A program made the translations under genes and the position numbers. Positions 48,942-58,452 of a stretch of 64,000 nt of DNA are shown here, piece after piece. The notes under the pieces are model-generated. The model was not told the origin of the DNA and did no database searches. It saw nothing but the letters and a program-made list of their open reading frames with translations. The stretch is from an uncultured delta proteobacterium. GTDB taxonomy: Bacteria > Myxococcota_A > Polyangia > Fen-1088. Numbering within the stretch: position 1 is the stretch's first letter; the number at the start of each line of letters is the position of its first letter. The stretch spans positions 1,376,001 through 1,440,000 of the forward strand of contig CAVYGB010000010.1 in NCBI GenBank assembly GCA_963767925.1, written 5' to 3'.

Positions 48942-51900
48942 TCACCTCCCTTGCAGGTACTCTTCGGTGGTCTTCGTCCCTTTTTCTTGATTGCAGGTCC
49001 GACACGTCTCCTGCGCGTTATCCACGGTGTTGTTGCCACCACGTGACTTCGGAATCGCGTGATCGATATTGGCCTGGTCGGAGCCCGGTTGCCTCGTCGT
49101 GGGAGCTCCGCAGAAGACGCACTCCCCGGTTCTCACCGCATCCTTCGTGCTCTCGGAGAACGGTTTCCCCGCGCCCGGACCACCCTCACTTCCGATCTTG
49201 GGACCGCCCCCCTCCTGCTGAAGGATGTTCGGCGGTCGGGTTTGAAGTGCTTCGCGCTCCCCCCGATTCAGCTCAGGCGAGTACAGCGTGATGGTCACGA
49301 AAGCGGCCAGGCCGGCCCCGATGGCCGTCACACCCTGCGCGAGCCAGGAGGCCGCTGCCCCGAGCGCACGCGAGATGGCACCCGGTTGAGGTGGAGCGAC
49401 GGGCACAGGTGGCGCCATCGGTCGCGGCATCACCATGGTGGTCCCCATGGTCATTCCGTTGCCCTCGCTTCCCGCGGGCGGATTCGGATCGGTGGGCGGC
49501 GTCTCGGGGGGCGGCGGCGGCGGCGGTGAGGGCCCGCCGCCACCCACCCCGCCGCCCGGTGGAGGTGTGGGCGGCTCAGGCGGAGACGATGGCTCCGGGA
49601 TGGCCGGGGTTGGTTCCCCCCAGCCGCATACATAGTCGAGGCACAGGCTCCCGGGCGGCGGCGTGCGAACGCACGACCCGTTCGGCAACTTGTAAGGCTC
49701 TTCCGCGTCGCAGCCATCCGCCGCAAATCCACTCGGGTCCGTGAAGCGAAGCGGGTTGTTGAGAACGTAAGCGTACCGGTTATACGCCTGTCCCAGCAGA
49801 CCTCGAGAGACCAGCGGGTCTGGCGTCAGGAAGCGCGCCAAGCGCGGGTCATACACGCGACCCCGCATGTTCACCAAGCCGAGCTCCTCATCCCCTTCAT
49901 GTCCAGTAAAGCCGAGCTTCACCTTGCTGGTGGTGGCGGCGACGCTGGTGGGCAGTTTGGGCTCGTTGAAGTTGGCGACGCGGTTGCCGTACGGGTCGAA
50001 CCTCGAACGCTCGATGACCGACCCCGCGCCGTCCATCACCGCATCGACGGAACCGAGGCGGTCGCGATGGACATAAGACGTGCTTTCGGAGCCACCCTCC
50101 CGCCGCGTCACCTGGAGCAGCGCCCGTCCGCCGGTGTTCACGTAGAAGACGTGATCCGTTCCGGCAGAGCTCCTGCGTTTCTCGTAGATACCGCCGACGT
50201 AGACCGTAAAATCGGCCGAGGATCTCCGCTTCTCCGCCCTGGTGCCGAGGGCGTCGTACGAGAAGTCAGCCGCGCGTGGACCGACTATGCCCTTGGGGAG
50301 GTCGAACGCCGTGTAGGCGATCGTCTCCCCATCCGGACGCCCAACCTGGTTGCCGCCCGCATCATACGAGTACGTGCCCCAGGGCGAGCTTTGAACGCGG
50401 TTCGTCCCCGGAAAAACGCCGAAGCCGAGATCCTGCGAGGTGCCGCCCGTGCTCGATCCAGCCACGAACTGACGGCGGGTCAGGTTACCGAAATCGTCCA
50501 AGGTGTAGTTCACCACCCAACCGCCGGAGAGAGGATTGCCGGCGCTGTCTGCCGCCATCCAGCTTTTGATACGTTCCAGGCCGTCGTATTCGAAGCGTTC
50601 GTGTTCGTTGGCCAGCAGATCCGACCGACGCTGAAGGTTGCCGTCCACCCAATATCCATAGGACCAAGAACGTACCGTCGTCTTCGACCTCGGAACTGTG
50701 CTCTTGATGGTCCCGATTCGACCGGTCCTGCTGGAGTAGCCATATTCGGTCCGGACGCCATTCCCGAAGCTCTCCTGCACCACCTGGCCGTCCGCCTCCG
50801 TGGCATCGAGCTCCCAGAGCAGCTTGTCGGTTGCATCGTTCTGCACCCGGGAGAGGTCTCCGGAGTCAGAGTCGTAGCTGTTTCTCACAACAAAACGACT
50901 GAACCCCATGACGTTCGGGTACGACACCTTGGATAGGCGGCCTTGAGCTTCATACGCGTAATCAATTTGATAGGCCGTGCCTCGAATCGTCCACACCTCT
51001 CGGGACAGCCGCCCCGCAGTGTCGTAGCTGTATCTCCGCTTGACGCCACTGGCGCTCAGGGTCTCAGCTATCTGTCCCCGGCCGCTCGCGGCGGTGTCCC
51101 AGGTGAATGTCGTGACACCATCCTTGTCGCGCCTTTCTTCCAGTCTCCCCTCGGCGTCGCGGTGGTACGTGGTCAGGTTGCCATTGGCATCGACCTCCTC
51201 CCGGACGTCACCAAAGGCGTTGTACCTGAACGTCCGGGTGCCGGCGTCAGGATCGGCGAGACTCAACCGGCGACCCCGTACGTCGAAACGAGCCTCCGTC
51301 GTTTGGACAGCCAACCCGGCCCCATTGCGCCGGGTGACGAACCTCAGCACGTCGAATGGACCGTAGGTGAATTCAGCCGGCAGCCACTGGCCGGCGTCGT
51401 TCCTCGTTTCGCTCCGCCGGATACGACCTGCCTCGTCGAGGCTGACCCGTCGCAGGCGCCCAAAATCGTCCGTGATCGTGCTCGTCAGACCATCGTGAGC
51501 GAAAGAGCTGGTGGCCGTCGACGTCGGTGCGCCTCCGGCGTCGAGGCCGTCCTCCGGACGAGTCTGCGACGTGGGACGACCAAGCTCGTCGTAGAGCCAC
51601 GTCGTGGCCGGCCCCGCTGCGGATCCGACCCTTGCGAAGCGCGTCCGCTGAGCCGGCAGCCCGAGGTCATCATAGGCTCGGTCCTCGAAGCTGACACTCC
51701 CGTCGAAGTTCTTCCTCTCATGCCTGATCTCCTGGCCCAGGCGGTTGACGATCTGACGACTCTCGCCTCCACCGTCGAAGACCGTCGTGACCCTCCAGAC
51801 GTCTCGGCCATCGGCGGGTGTCGAGCCCGTCTCTGGCTCGCGCGTGTAAGTGATGGCCTTTCCAAACCCTCCCGGGTAGTCCACCCGCCGGAGCATCCCG

Positions 51901-54900
51901 AAAAAGTCATAGCTGAGCGTCGTCCTGATGTTGTTCGGGTCTGTCACCGTCCGCGGACGTCCGGTCGCCGGGTCGGCCACGACGGTCGTGACGTGTCCCA
52001 CGGCATTGGTGTGAGTCCGGGGATGGACAGACTGTTCGTCATACGTCACGAGCTCCTGGCGAATCACCGCTGCCCGGTCCATCCGTCTGAGCGCGGTGAC
52101 CTGCCCGAATGAATTTCGAACGTATTCCAGGCGCAGAAAGTCGTCGGCCGCGCCGAGAGGCTCGATGTCCACGAACCTCGGGACGCCCCGACCCGGTTCA
52201 GGCGAGAACATCGTGAGCCGGACCGTCGCCTCGCCCGACGCGGTACGCTCGGTCTCCCGCCGGTCGAGTGGAACACCGATCAGCCATTGGTTTGCATCGT
52301 TCTGGTAGGCCGAGCTCCAGCTCCTCGAGAGTGTTCCACCGGCGACCGTCGCCGAGCTGTTCACGCCCGAAAGGAGCCCGAAGTCGTTCAGTGATCGATC
52401 GTAGACGAGGGTATGAAGCTCGTCTCGCACCCTGGTCGTGACCGAGCCCCGGGTCTCCTCCTCCACATGGTGAACGGTGACCGGGCGAGTGTAATACGAC
52501 CGCTGGCTGTTCGTCGTCACGAACTCGTACCCGAATGTGCTGCTCAGAAGCCGCGTGAAGCCGCCGTCCAGCGTCTGAACGGTTCGCGTGACCGGCACGG
52601 ACAGGCCCGAGTAGACCGCCACATTCATGGTGGGGTCCGAGCGCATGGGGACGGTGGCGGTCGCAGCGAGGTCGAAGGTTTCGGTCGTCGTCGTACTCGA
52701 GGCGAGGTTGCTGACTACCCAGGACGAAAATCCAAGAAACCCGGCGCCCGTCAGGTCGATCCGGCCGTCTCGAAACAGGTACTGGGTCTCGTTCTGGGCT
52801 CCGCCGATTCCGTTGTCCTCGCGAAGGCTGCGAACGAGCCAGTGCCCACGGCGGACGCATTGCTGGGGAAACTCGCAGGCCGGCCCGGTCGTGTAGACGG
52901 AGGGGTCCACCATGGGCAGATAGGCGAAGGTCGCCTTCTTGCCCATGCCGTCTGTCACCCCGGTCAGGAGGTCCGGCTTGGACCCCTCGCGGACATAGAG
53001 ATGCAGCGCTTGATCGGCCGCAGACACCTGCACGACGTCCATCAAGCCATCCCCGTTCACATCGAGCAGCTGCGATTGCTTGTAGTTGTGGACATCAGGG
53101 GAGGTCGGCTTGAAGTGACCCTCCGCCGGCAGGCCCACCGGGATTGAGAGGCTTTTGACCTCGAAGCCGTCGTGGCGGCTGATCAAGACCTGAAGCGTGG
53201 TCCTTGTGGGCGCGGAGGTCAGGGCACTGTCGCGTACCACCCCGTTGTCGACGAGCATGATGTCCTGTCGACCGTCGCGGTCGAAGTCCGTGACCCGGAT
53301 CCCGGGATCGGCCAGATCGCTCCACCGGGCCGAAGAGCCGACTCCTACGTTCGCTGCCGAGTCGGCGAGGCCCGACAGGCTCTGCGGCGGGCCGAAGTCA
53401 TTGCCCGTGTTCACGATCAGGGTCGGTGTCGCGCCGCCTTGCCGCAGACGCAAGGCGTCCGATAGCCCGTCTCCGTTGTGATCGAAGAAGAAGTAGCGCG
53501 CGAGGTCCCCGCTCCCGCTGGCGAGAAGCGTGGTGTCCAGGTAGTCGAACTCCGATGCCAGCTCCTGGCCCCGGTCCGGGGTGAGAGGCGTTCCTCGTCT
53601 CTGGCGCATGACGAGCAGGCGGTTGCCTCCATCCGGCGGCAGCGCCAGGGCGTCCGTGGCGCCGTCGCCGTCGAGGTCGAGCGGCTGTCCGGACCATCCG
53701 GCACTGTTGAAGTTCTGCTCCCATGAGGCATCCATGGGACCGCTGATGTCACTGACGGTCCCGCCCGTGAAGACCGCGTAACCCCAGCGGGCGCCGGGGC
53801 CGCCGAGGGGACGCAACAGCGTGAGGCGCCCGCGAGCGCCGAAGTCTCCAAGCTGGAGGCCGCCGCCAGCCGTGGCCAGGTTACCGCCCAGGACCGCGGT
53901 GAATCCCACGTCGCCGCCAGAGCTGTTGGTGTAGTAGGCATAGCTGTCAGCAGACGCCGGCACCGCGATATCGGGTCGGGCGTCCGAGTTGGCAAAGTCG
54001 GCGATGATCGCGTCGCCACCGACCGTATTTTCCTGTAGCCCCATGTCGACCGCCGAGGAGAAGCCCGTTCCAGTGCTCAGCCGGTAGAACCAGCGCGGAG
54101 GTGTGCCGCCGGACGCACCGGGGGGCCGAGCGCGGTAGACGATGTCGTCCTTCCCGTCGTTGTTCAGGTCTGCCGGCTGAATCGACCAGAAGTCGGCGTC
54201 GAGCGGGTTTCGCACATCGGTGATTCCCGTAGGAATATCGAGAAATTCCTCGCTACCCGGGTCGTAGGAGAATCTCGTGGGTTTGCGACACGTCACGGCT
54301 CTACCGGCCGTCGCCGGGTTCCCGTCGCATTCCTTCACCTGCAAGAGCAGCAAGCGGCGCGTGGCAGTCGAGACCGAATGGCCGAGCTCATAAAACCGAA
54401 CGCTGGTGAATGACGACGACCGCGGCGGCAGCACCCGCACTTCGATGGAGGTCAGCTTCTGGGTCGTCCGAAACTTGAGGCCTGCGATGAATGTCTCCCT
54501 GAAGGATCCTGGGTCTCCTCTCACAGCGTATTCGAGCTGGACCACCCGGGTTGGCTGCCCACCGACGTGTGCATATTCTATCGTCTTCAGGCGGGGCTCC
54601 TGGAACCCGAGGACGGCATTTGCCTCTGGCGGTTGCAGGTACCGGTAGGTGATCGCGTTGGCGAACCGGTCACGGGTCACCCCACGGAGCCAGCCGTAGC
54701 GAACGAGGGTCCCAGCGCCGTTCACGACCGCGCTGTCGGTCCGGACTCCGGACGAGGCCTCCCAGCTTTCACGCCAGCCCTGCACGAGCAAGCTCGCATC
54801 GATCGATCCGAATTCGTGGATCCGGCCATCACGTGTCCGGACCTCGAAGCGCAGCGGTGCTACGGCATCGGCCTGGAGGACGGACACCTCGGCGAACGTG

Positions 54901-55484
54901 TCCGGCTCGGTTCGATACTTGGCGCCGGCGGCGCCATGGGTGCCTGTCACGAGGACGAGTGGTCTACCGTCGAGACAGATCTCGTCGGCGGCGAATGAGC
55001 TCATCTCGAGCGCGCGCGGACGCTCGAAACGCTGGTTGTCGGAGGGGCAGCGGTGAATCAACGACTGCCCACCTGACACGGACCACCCTTGCCCGGCGTG
55101 GTCCTCACCGGCGTTGCTGGCGTAGACGAGCCGCATCTCAGGTGTGAGGCTGTTCCGTCCGTCCGGGACCCAAAGGCTGATCCCATAAGACGCCGTCCCT
55201 TTCGGCGAGACGGAGACAATGCCCGGCAAGGAACCGGCATCTTCGCTCGGGACGGTCGTCGAGCTCCCCGTGGAGAGCGGAGCGGCCCTGTCGGCGTCGG
55301 CCCCGGCGGCGCCCGGCGTGCGATCCAGGCCACTGCCACTGCTTCCCGCGGCGGCTGGTGAGCGGGGCTCATCCACCTGGGGCGCGCACGACAAAACGCC
55401 CAGCGTCGCGATCCTGATCGCCAGTGCGATGCGGAGCGCGCTGGACGGCACGCCCACTCGAAAGGCGAAAGCTTCTTTTCGCAT
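48942..55484 (-). CDS. SpvB/FG-GAP/TcdB-mid/Rhs-repeat polymorphic toxin with C-terminal HNH nuclease; lipoprotein signal
   Basis: GGAGGAG RBS; GVLSC lipobox; VSPKGTASYGISLWVPDGR (SpvB-like); DLNNDGKDD/DVNGDGLMD repeats; YD repeats; GFTGHE...NNPLRFTDPSG core; CVFCG...IDHAIPKSRGGNNTVDNAQETCRTCNQEKG. Confidence 0.93.
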   Translation of the reverse strand: MRKEAFAFRVGVPSSALRIALAIRIATLGVLSCAPQVDEPRSPAAAGSSGSGLDRTPGAAGADADRAAPLSTGSSTTVPSEDAGSLPGIVSVSPKGTASYGISLWVPDGRNSLTPEMRLVYASNAGEDHAGQGWSVSGGQSLIHRCPSDNQRFERPRALEMSSFAADEICLDGRPLVLVTGTHGAAGAKYRTEPDTFAEVSVLQADAVAPLRFEVRTRDGRIHEFGSIDASLLVQGWRESWEASSGVRTDSAVVNGAGTLVRYGWLRGVTRDRFANAITYRYLQPPEANAVLGFQEPRLKTIEYAHVGGQPTRVVQLEYAVRGDPGSFRETFIAGLKFRTTQKLTSIEVRVLPPRSSSFTSVRFYELGHSVSTATRRLLLLQVKECDGNPATAGRAVTCRKPTRFSYDPGSEEFLDIPTGITDVRNPLDADFWSIQPADLNNDGKDDIVYRARPPGASGGTPPRWFYRLSTGTGFSSAVDMGLQENTVGGDAIIADFANSDARPDIAVPASADSYAYYTNSSGGDVGFTAVLGGNLATAGGGLQLGDFGARGRLTLLRPLGGPGARWGYAVFTGGTVSDISGPMDASWEQNFNSAGWSGQPLDLDGDGATDALALPPDGGNRLLVMRQRRGTPLTPDRGQELASEFDYLDTTLLASGSGDLARYFFFDHNGDGLSDALRLRQGGATPTLIVNTGNDFGPPQSLSGLADSAANVGVGSSARWSDLADPGIRVTDFDRDGRQDIMLVDNGVVRDSALTSAPTRTTLQVLISRHDGFEVKSLSIPVGLPAEGHFKPTSPDVHNYKQSQLLDVNGDGLMDVVQVSAADQALHLYVREGSKPDLLTGVTDGMGKKATFAYLPMVDPSVYTTGPACEFPQQCVRRGHWLVRSLREDNGIGGAQNETQYLFRDGRIDLTGAGFLGFSSWVVSNLASSTTTTETFDLAATATVPMRSDPTMNVAVYSGLSVPVTRTVQTLDGGFTRLLSSTFGYEFVTTNSQRSYYTRPVTVHHVEEETRGSVTTRVRDELHTLVYDRSLNDFGLLSGVNSSATVAGGTLSRSWSSAYQNDANQWLIGVPLDRRETERTASGEATVRLTMFSPEPGRGVPRFVDIEPLGAADDFLRLEYVRNSFGQVTALRRMDRAAVIRQELVTYDEQSVHPRTHTNAVGHVTTVVADPATGRPRTVTDPNNIRTTLSYDFFGMLRRVDYPGGFGKAITYTREPETGSTPADGRDVWRVTTVFDGGGESRQIVNRLGQEIRHERKNFDGSVSFEDRAYDDLGLPAQRTRFARVGSAAGPATTWLYDELGRPTSQTRPEDGLDAGGAPTSTATSSFAHDGLTSTITDDFGRLRRVSLDEAGRIRRSETRNDAGQWLPAEFTYGPFDVLRFVTRRNGAGLAVQTTEARFDVRGRRLSLADPDAGTRTFRYNAFGDVREEVDANGNLTTYHRDAEGRLEERRDKDGVTTFTWDTAASGRGQIAETLSASGVKRRYSYDTAGRLSREVWTIRGTAYQIDYAYEAQGRLSKVSYPNVMGFSRFVVRNSYDSDSGDLSRVQNDATDKLLWELDATEADGQVVQESFGNGVRTEYGYSSRTGRIGTIKSTVPRSKTTVRSWSYGYWVDGNLQRRSDLLANEHERFEYDGLERIKSWMAADSAGNPLSGGWVVNYTLDDFGNLTRRQFVAGSSTGGTSQDLGFGVFPGTNRVQSSPWGTYSYDAGGNQVGRPDGETIAYTAFDLPKGIVGPRAADFSYDALGTRAEKRRSSADFTVYVGGIYEKRRSSAGTDHVFYVNTGGRALLQVTRREGGSESTSYVHRDRLGSVDAVMDGAGSVIERSRFDPYGNRVANFNEPKLPTSVAATTSKVKLGFTGHEGDEELGLVNMRGRVYDPRLARFLTPDPLVSRGLLGQAYNRYAYVLNNPLRFTDPSGFAADGCDAEEPYKLPNGSCVRTPPPGSLCLDYVCGWGEPTPAIPEPSSPPEPPTPPPGGGVGGGGPSPPPPPPPETPPTDPNPPAGSEGNGMTMGTTMVMPRPMAPPVPVAPPQPGAISRALGAAASWLAQGVTAIGAGLAAFVTITLYSPELNRGEREALQTRPPNILQQEGGGPKIGSEGGPGAGKPFSESTKDAVRTGECVFCGAPTTRQPGSDQANIDHAIPKSRGGNNTVDNAQETCRTCNQEKGTKTTEEYLQGR

Positions 55485-55672
55485 GCTCGCTCCTCCTCTG
55501 CCCGAGGCCACCCGGTCAGCGAGAGGGAACGTAGCCATCATTCTCAGATGCCAGTATTCGTAGGTTCACGTCATCTGGTGCCGGCGGATCGACCGGCGGT
55601 CGCCCGTCTGGCGTCACCAATCGCGCTACACCCGGCATTTCGAGGGCCACCCCGCCTACCCGGACATTGATG

Positions 55673-55702
55673 GCGGAGCATGTCGGAGCGGAGCATGTCG
55701 GA
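55673..55702. repeat. 15-bp tandem duplication between the divergent Rhs and DHFR-like genes
   Basis: GCGGAGCATGTCGGA x2. Confidence 0.8.
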
Positions 55703-55748
55703 TCGGAAGGGGGCCGTTCGTCCTATGCTCAGAGAGGGAGAGTGACCC

Positions 55749-56060
55749 ATGAGGAAGATTATCGTTGGCGCCCAGGTTTCCATGGATGGCGTCATGCAAG
55801 CGCCCGGCGGGCCGACCGAGGACCCGACCAGGGGCTTCAAGTTTGGCGGCTGGTCGATGCCCTATTTCGATCAAGAGTTCGGCGAGGAGCTCGACCGGAT
55901 GTTCAAGGAGAAGTTCGACCTCCTACTCGGCCGCAAGACCTACGAGATCTTCGCCGGGTACTGGCCCTACTACGAAGAAGACGCGCCCCATGGCGGCATC
56001 GCCAAGGTCTTCAAGGACATCAAGAAGTACGCGGTTTCGCGCTCGGGCGAGGTCGCCACC
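55749..56060 (+). pseudogene. Truncated dihydrofolate reductase-like (RibD_C) protein
   Basis: MRKIIVGAQVSMDGVMQAPGGP, LLLGRKTYEIFAGYWP, KYAVSRS; the C-terminal half of the fold is missing. Confidence 0.75.
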
Positions 56061-56210
56061 ACGGTTGGCGAGGAAGGTGATGGACATGGCGAGGATGAAG
56101 GTGACGATCAGAATCGCCACCAGGTCTCTTCGTGCGGTTCGCCTGGGAGTTTCCATGTGCGCTTGCTCCATCTGACAGAAGGTGCCGATCAATAAGGGGG
56201 AGATCCTGGA

Positions 56211-56605
56211 TCACCCGGGCTGCGGCGGGGAAGGCAGCGGCTCGATCACGATGCCAGCCTGGGGATTCGGGGGTGGCGGCGGAGGAGGGTCCCCTTGGTG
56301 TTCGGATGCAGGAGGTGCCTGTCGATCTCCGTTGCGATGCGACTGCTGAGGACGCCGATTGCGAGGGCACCCAGAGCGGGCAGGATCAGGAACTTCTGAG
56401 TGCCGTTCGGATCTTGACCTTGGGATTCTGGCTAGCCGAGCTCGGTCGGGTCGCCTGGAAATGACGGCGGCGGACGGTCCACACCGTCGACGAGTCTCGC
56501 AGGGTCGCTCGCTCTGGCTGCAGACGAGGGAGGCGCTCCGAGGTCGTCGAAGCAAAGTTCCGGACTCACGGCAGGGAGGGAGGATGCACCGATTGCGCTG
56601 ATCAT
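56211..56605 (-). pseudogene. Small Pro-rich ORF with an internal TAG, related to the ORF at 44382..44798
   Basis: Own translation: MISAIGASSLPAVSPELCFDDLG...PARLVDGVDRPPPSFPGDPTELG*PESQGQDPNGTQKFLILPALGALAIGVLSSRIATEIDRHLL...; no RBS seen. Confidence 0.45.
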
Positions 56606-56633
56606 GGATCGCGCACGCGAAAACTTCGGGGAA

Positions 56634-57965
56634 TCAGCGGCGCCGGCGCACGGGCGCGATGCCGTCCCAGGCGGCGTCGCCGGTGTTGCGGTAGCCGGCG
56701 GGCAGCTCGGTCCAGACCTGGCGGGTCAGGCCGTTGAGGTCATAGACCACCTTGCCATCGCGCACCGTCAGCTCGCACAGCAGGTTCTTGCTGGCGGACA
56801 GCCGGGCCCCGAAGCTGTCGACGAAGCCGAACTTGCCCCGCTGCAGGCGCAGCACCGCGATGTCGGCGGGGGCGCCCACCGACAGGTGGCCCAGCTCCTC
56901 GTGTTTGATCTCGCGGGCCGGGTTCCAGGTCGCGCGCAGCACCACGTCCTCGAGCGACAGGCCCAGGGCCAGGTACTTCGACATGACGTTGAGCATGTCT
57001 TTCATGCCGCCGTTCATGCTGCCGACGTGCAGGTCGGTGGAGAAGGAGTCGGGCAGCAGCCCCTCCTTCACCGCCGGCACCGCCACCCGCCAGATGAAGC
57101 TGCCGCCGCCGTGGCCCACGTCGAAGATAATCCCGCGCTTGCGGCCCTCCCAGATGCCGGCGCTCACCTTGCCGGCGTCGTCCTGCTCCTTGCGCAGGCC
57201 GGAGTGGACGTGGGTGTAGATGTCGCCCGGGCGCAGCTTCTTCGTGAGCAGCTCGATGAGCGGCCGCTCGGCCCGGTTGGCGCCGAAGTCGACCATCACC
57301 GGGATGCCGGCCATGGTGCCGGCCTCGACCGCCTGCTCGACCGGGGTCCACTCCGGGCCGTTGAAGTGGGCGGTCTTGATCCCCACCACCAGGCCCTTGT
57401 TGGCCAGGGCCATCTCCCCGGTGGGGCGGGCCTGCATGTCGGAGAGGTCCTGCTCGTATTTGCCCCCCCGCATGCCGTTGCCGACGATGTTGAGCATGGC
57501 CAGCACGCGGGTCTTGGCCCGCTCGATGACCCGCTTCTTGAACTCCGGGAAGTTGCGCCAGCCCGAGCCGCCGGCGTCGACGACCGTGGTGACTCCCGAG
57601 CGGAAGGTGAACCCGTCGGGCTGGACGCTGTTGTCGCCGGCGTAGGAGTTGGGCTCGCTGCCGGCGAAGACGTGGGCGTGGATGTCGACGAGGCCGGGCG
57701 TCACCAGCAGCCCCTTGACCGAGACGACCTTGAGGGCCTCGGCGGGATCGATCCGGGGAGCCACCGCCGCCACCTTGCCGGCGGCGATGGCCACGTCACG
57801 GACGGCGCTGAGCTTGTTCTTCGGATCGATGACCCGCCCGCCCCGCAGCAGCAGGTCGTATTTGTGGGCGCCGGCGCTCGGCTGGGCCCGGACCGCGGCA
57901 AGGGGGCTCAGCAGCAGGGCCACCGCCAGCAACACGCCGGCGGGTCGGGACATCGATCCGGGCAT
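56634..57965 (-). CDS. Amidohydrolase-superfamily metallohydrolase (dihydroorotase/deacetylase-like) with signal peptide
   Basis: LLRGGRVIDP, PGLVDIHAH, GVTTVVDAG, LRPGDIYTH, FDVGHGGGSF, STDLH, ATWNPA. Confidence 0.9.
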   Translation of the reverse strand: MPGSMSRPAGVLLAVALLLSPLAAVRAQPSAGAHKYDLLLRGGRVIDPKNKLSAVRDVAIAAGKVAAVAPRIDPAEALKVVSVKGLLVTPGLVDIHAHVFAGSEPNSYAGDNSVQPDGFTFRSGVTTVVDAGGSGWRNFPEFKKRVIERAKTRVLAMLNIVGNGMRGGKYEQDLSDMQARPTGEMALANKGLVVGIKTAHFNGPEWTPVEQAVEAGTMAGIPVMVDFGANRAERPLIELLTKKLRPGDIYTHVHSGLRKEQDDAGKVSAGIWEGRKRGIIFDVGHGGGSFIWRVAVPAVKEGLLPDSFSTDLHVGSMNGGMKDMLNVMSKYLALGLSLEDVVLRATWNPAREIKHEELGHLSVGAPADIAVLRLQRGKFGFVDSFGARLSASKNLLCELTVRDGKVVYDLNGLTRQVWTELPAGYRNTGDAAWDGIAPVRRRR

Positions 57966-57972
57966 GGGGACC

Positions 57973-58452
57973 TCAGATGTAGGCGATGACGTCTATCTCG
58001 ACCAGCGAGTTGCCGGGGATGCCGCCGGCGGCGGCGATGGTGGTGCGCACGGGCGGGTCCTCGCCGAAGCGCCCGCGGAACACCTCGTTCATGGCGTCGT
58101 AATCCTTGAGGTCATTGAGGTACACGTTGCACTTGAGGCACTTGTCCATCGACGAGCCGACCTCCTTGAGCTTCTTCTCGATCTCGTCGAGCACGTGTTT
58201 CGTGTGGGCCTTGATGTCGCCCTCGAAGTGCGCGCCCACCCCGGCGATGAACAGCAGATTGCCGAAGGAGACCGCCCCGGAAAACAGGGGCACCTGCTTG
58301 GGCCTGGCCCCCTTGCGGTGCACCTTCTTGCTGGGGGCCGCCTCGGCGGCCCGGGCGGCGCCGCTGGCCCCCGCCAGCGAGACCGCGGCGGCGGCCGCTC
58401 CCGCGGCAACCTTCAGGATGTGTCGCCTCTCGCTTCGCTTCTCGTTTTTCAT
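57973..58452 (-). CDS. RidA/YjgF family protein with twin-arginine-type leader
   Basis: GGAGG RBS; SERRHILK + Ala-rich stretch + ARAAEA; NVYLNDLKDYDAMNEVF, PPVRTT, VEIDVIA. Confidence 0.9.
   Translation of the reverse strand: MKNEKRSERRHILKVAAGAAAAAVSLAGASGAARAAEAAPSKKVHRKGARPKQVPLFSGAVSFGNLLFIAGVGAHFEGDIKAHTKHVLDEIEKKLKEVGSSMDKCLKCNVYLNDLKDYDAMNEVFRGRFGEDPPVRTTIAAAGGIPGNSLVEIDVIAYI

Larger units (their letters stand above)
40427..56610. other. Island-like variable region (toxin locus plus gene fragments), no integrase seen
   Basis: More A/T-ending codons than the flanks (judged by eye); several truncated genes; left edge interrupts a gene. Confidence 0.65.

Noticed and set aside
56380..56430. 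DPNG as an orphan Rhs C-terminal module
   Set aside because: The preceding Rhs core residues (NxYxYxxNNP) are missing; the leader-peptide reading fits better
40427..56610. Prophage, ICE or integron interpretation of the island
   Set aside because: No integrase, phage or conjugation genes, tRNA target, att repeats or recurring attC-like sites could be identified by eye
56634..57965. Calling this gene pyrC
   Set aside because: It has a signal peptide and no pyr gene context; only the superfamily is supported
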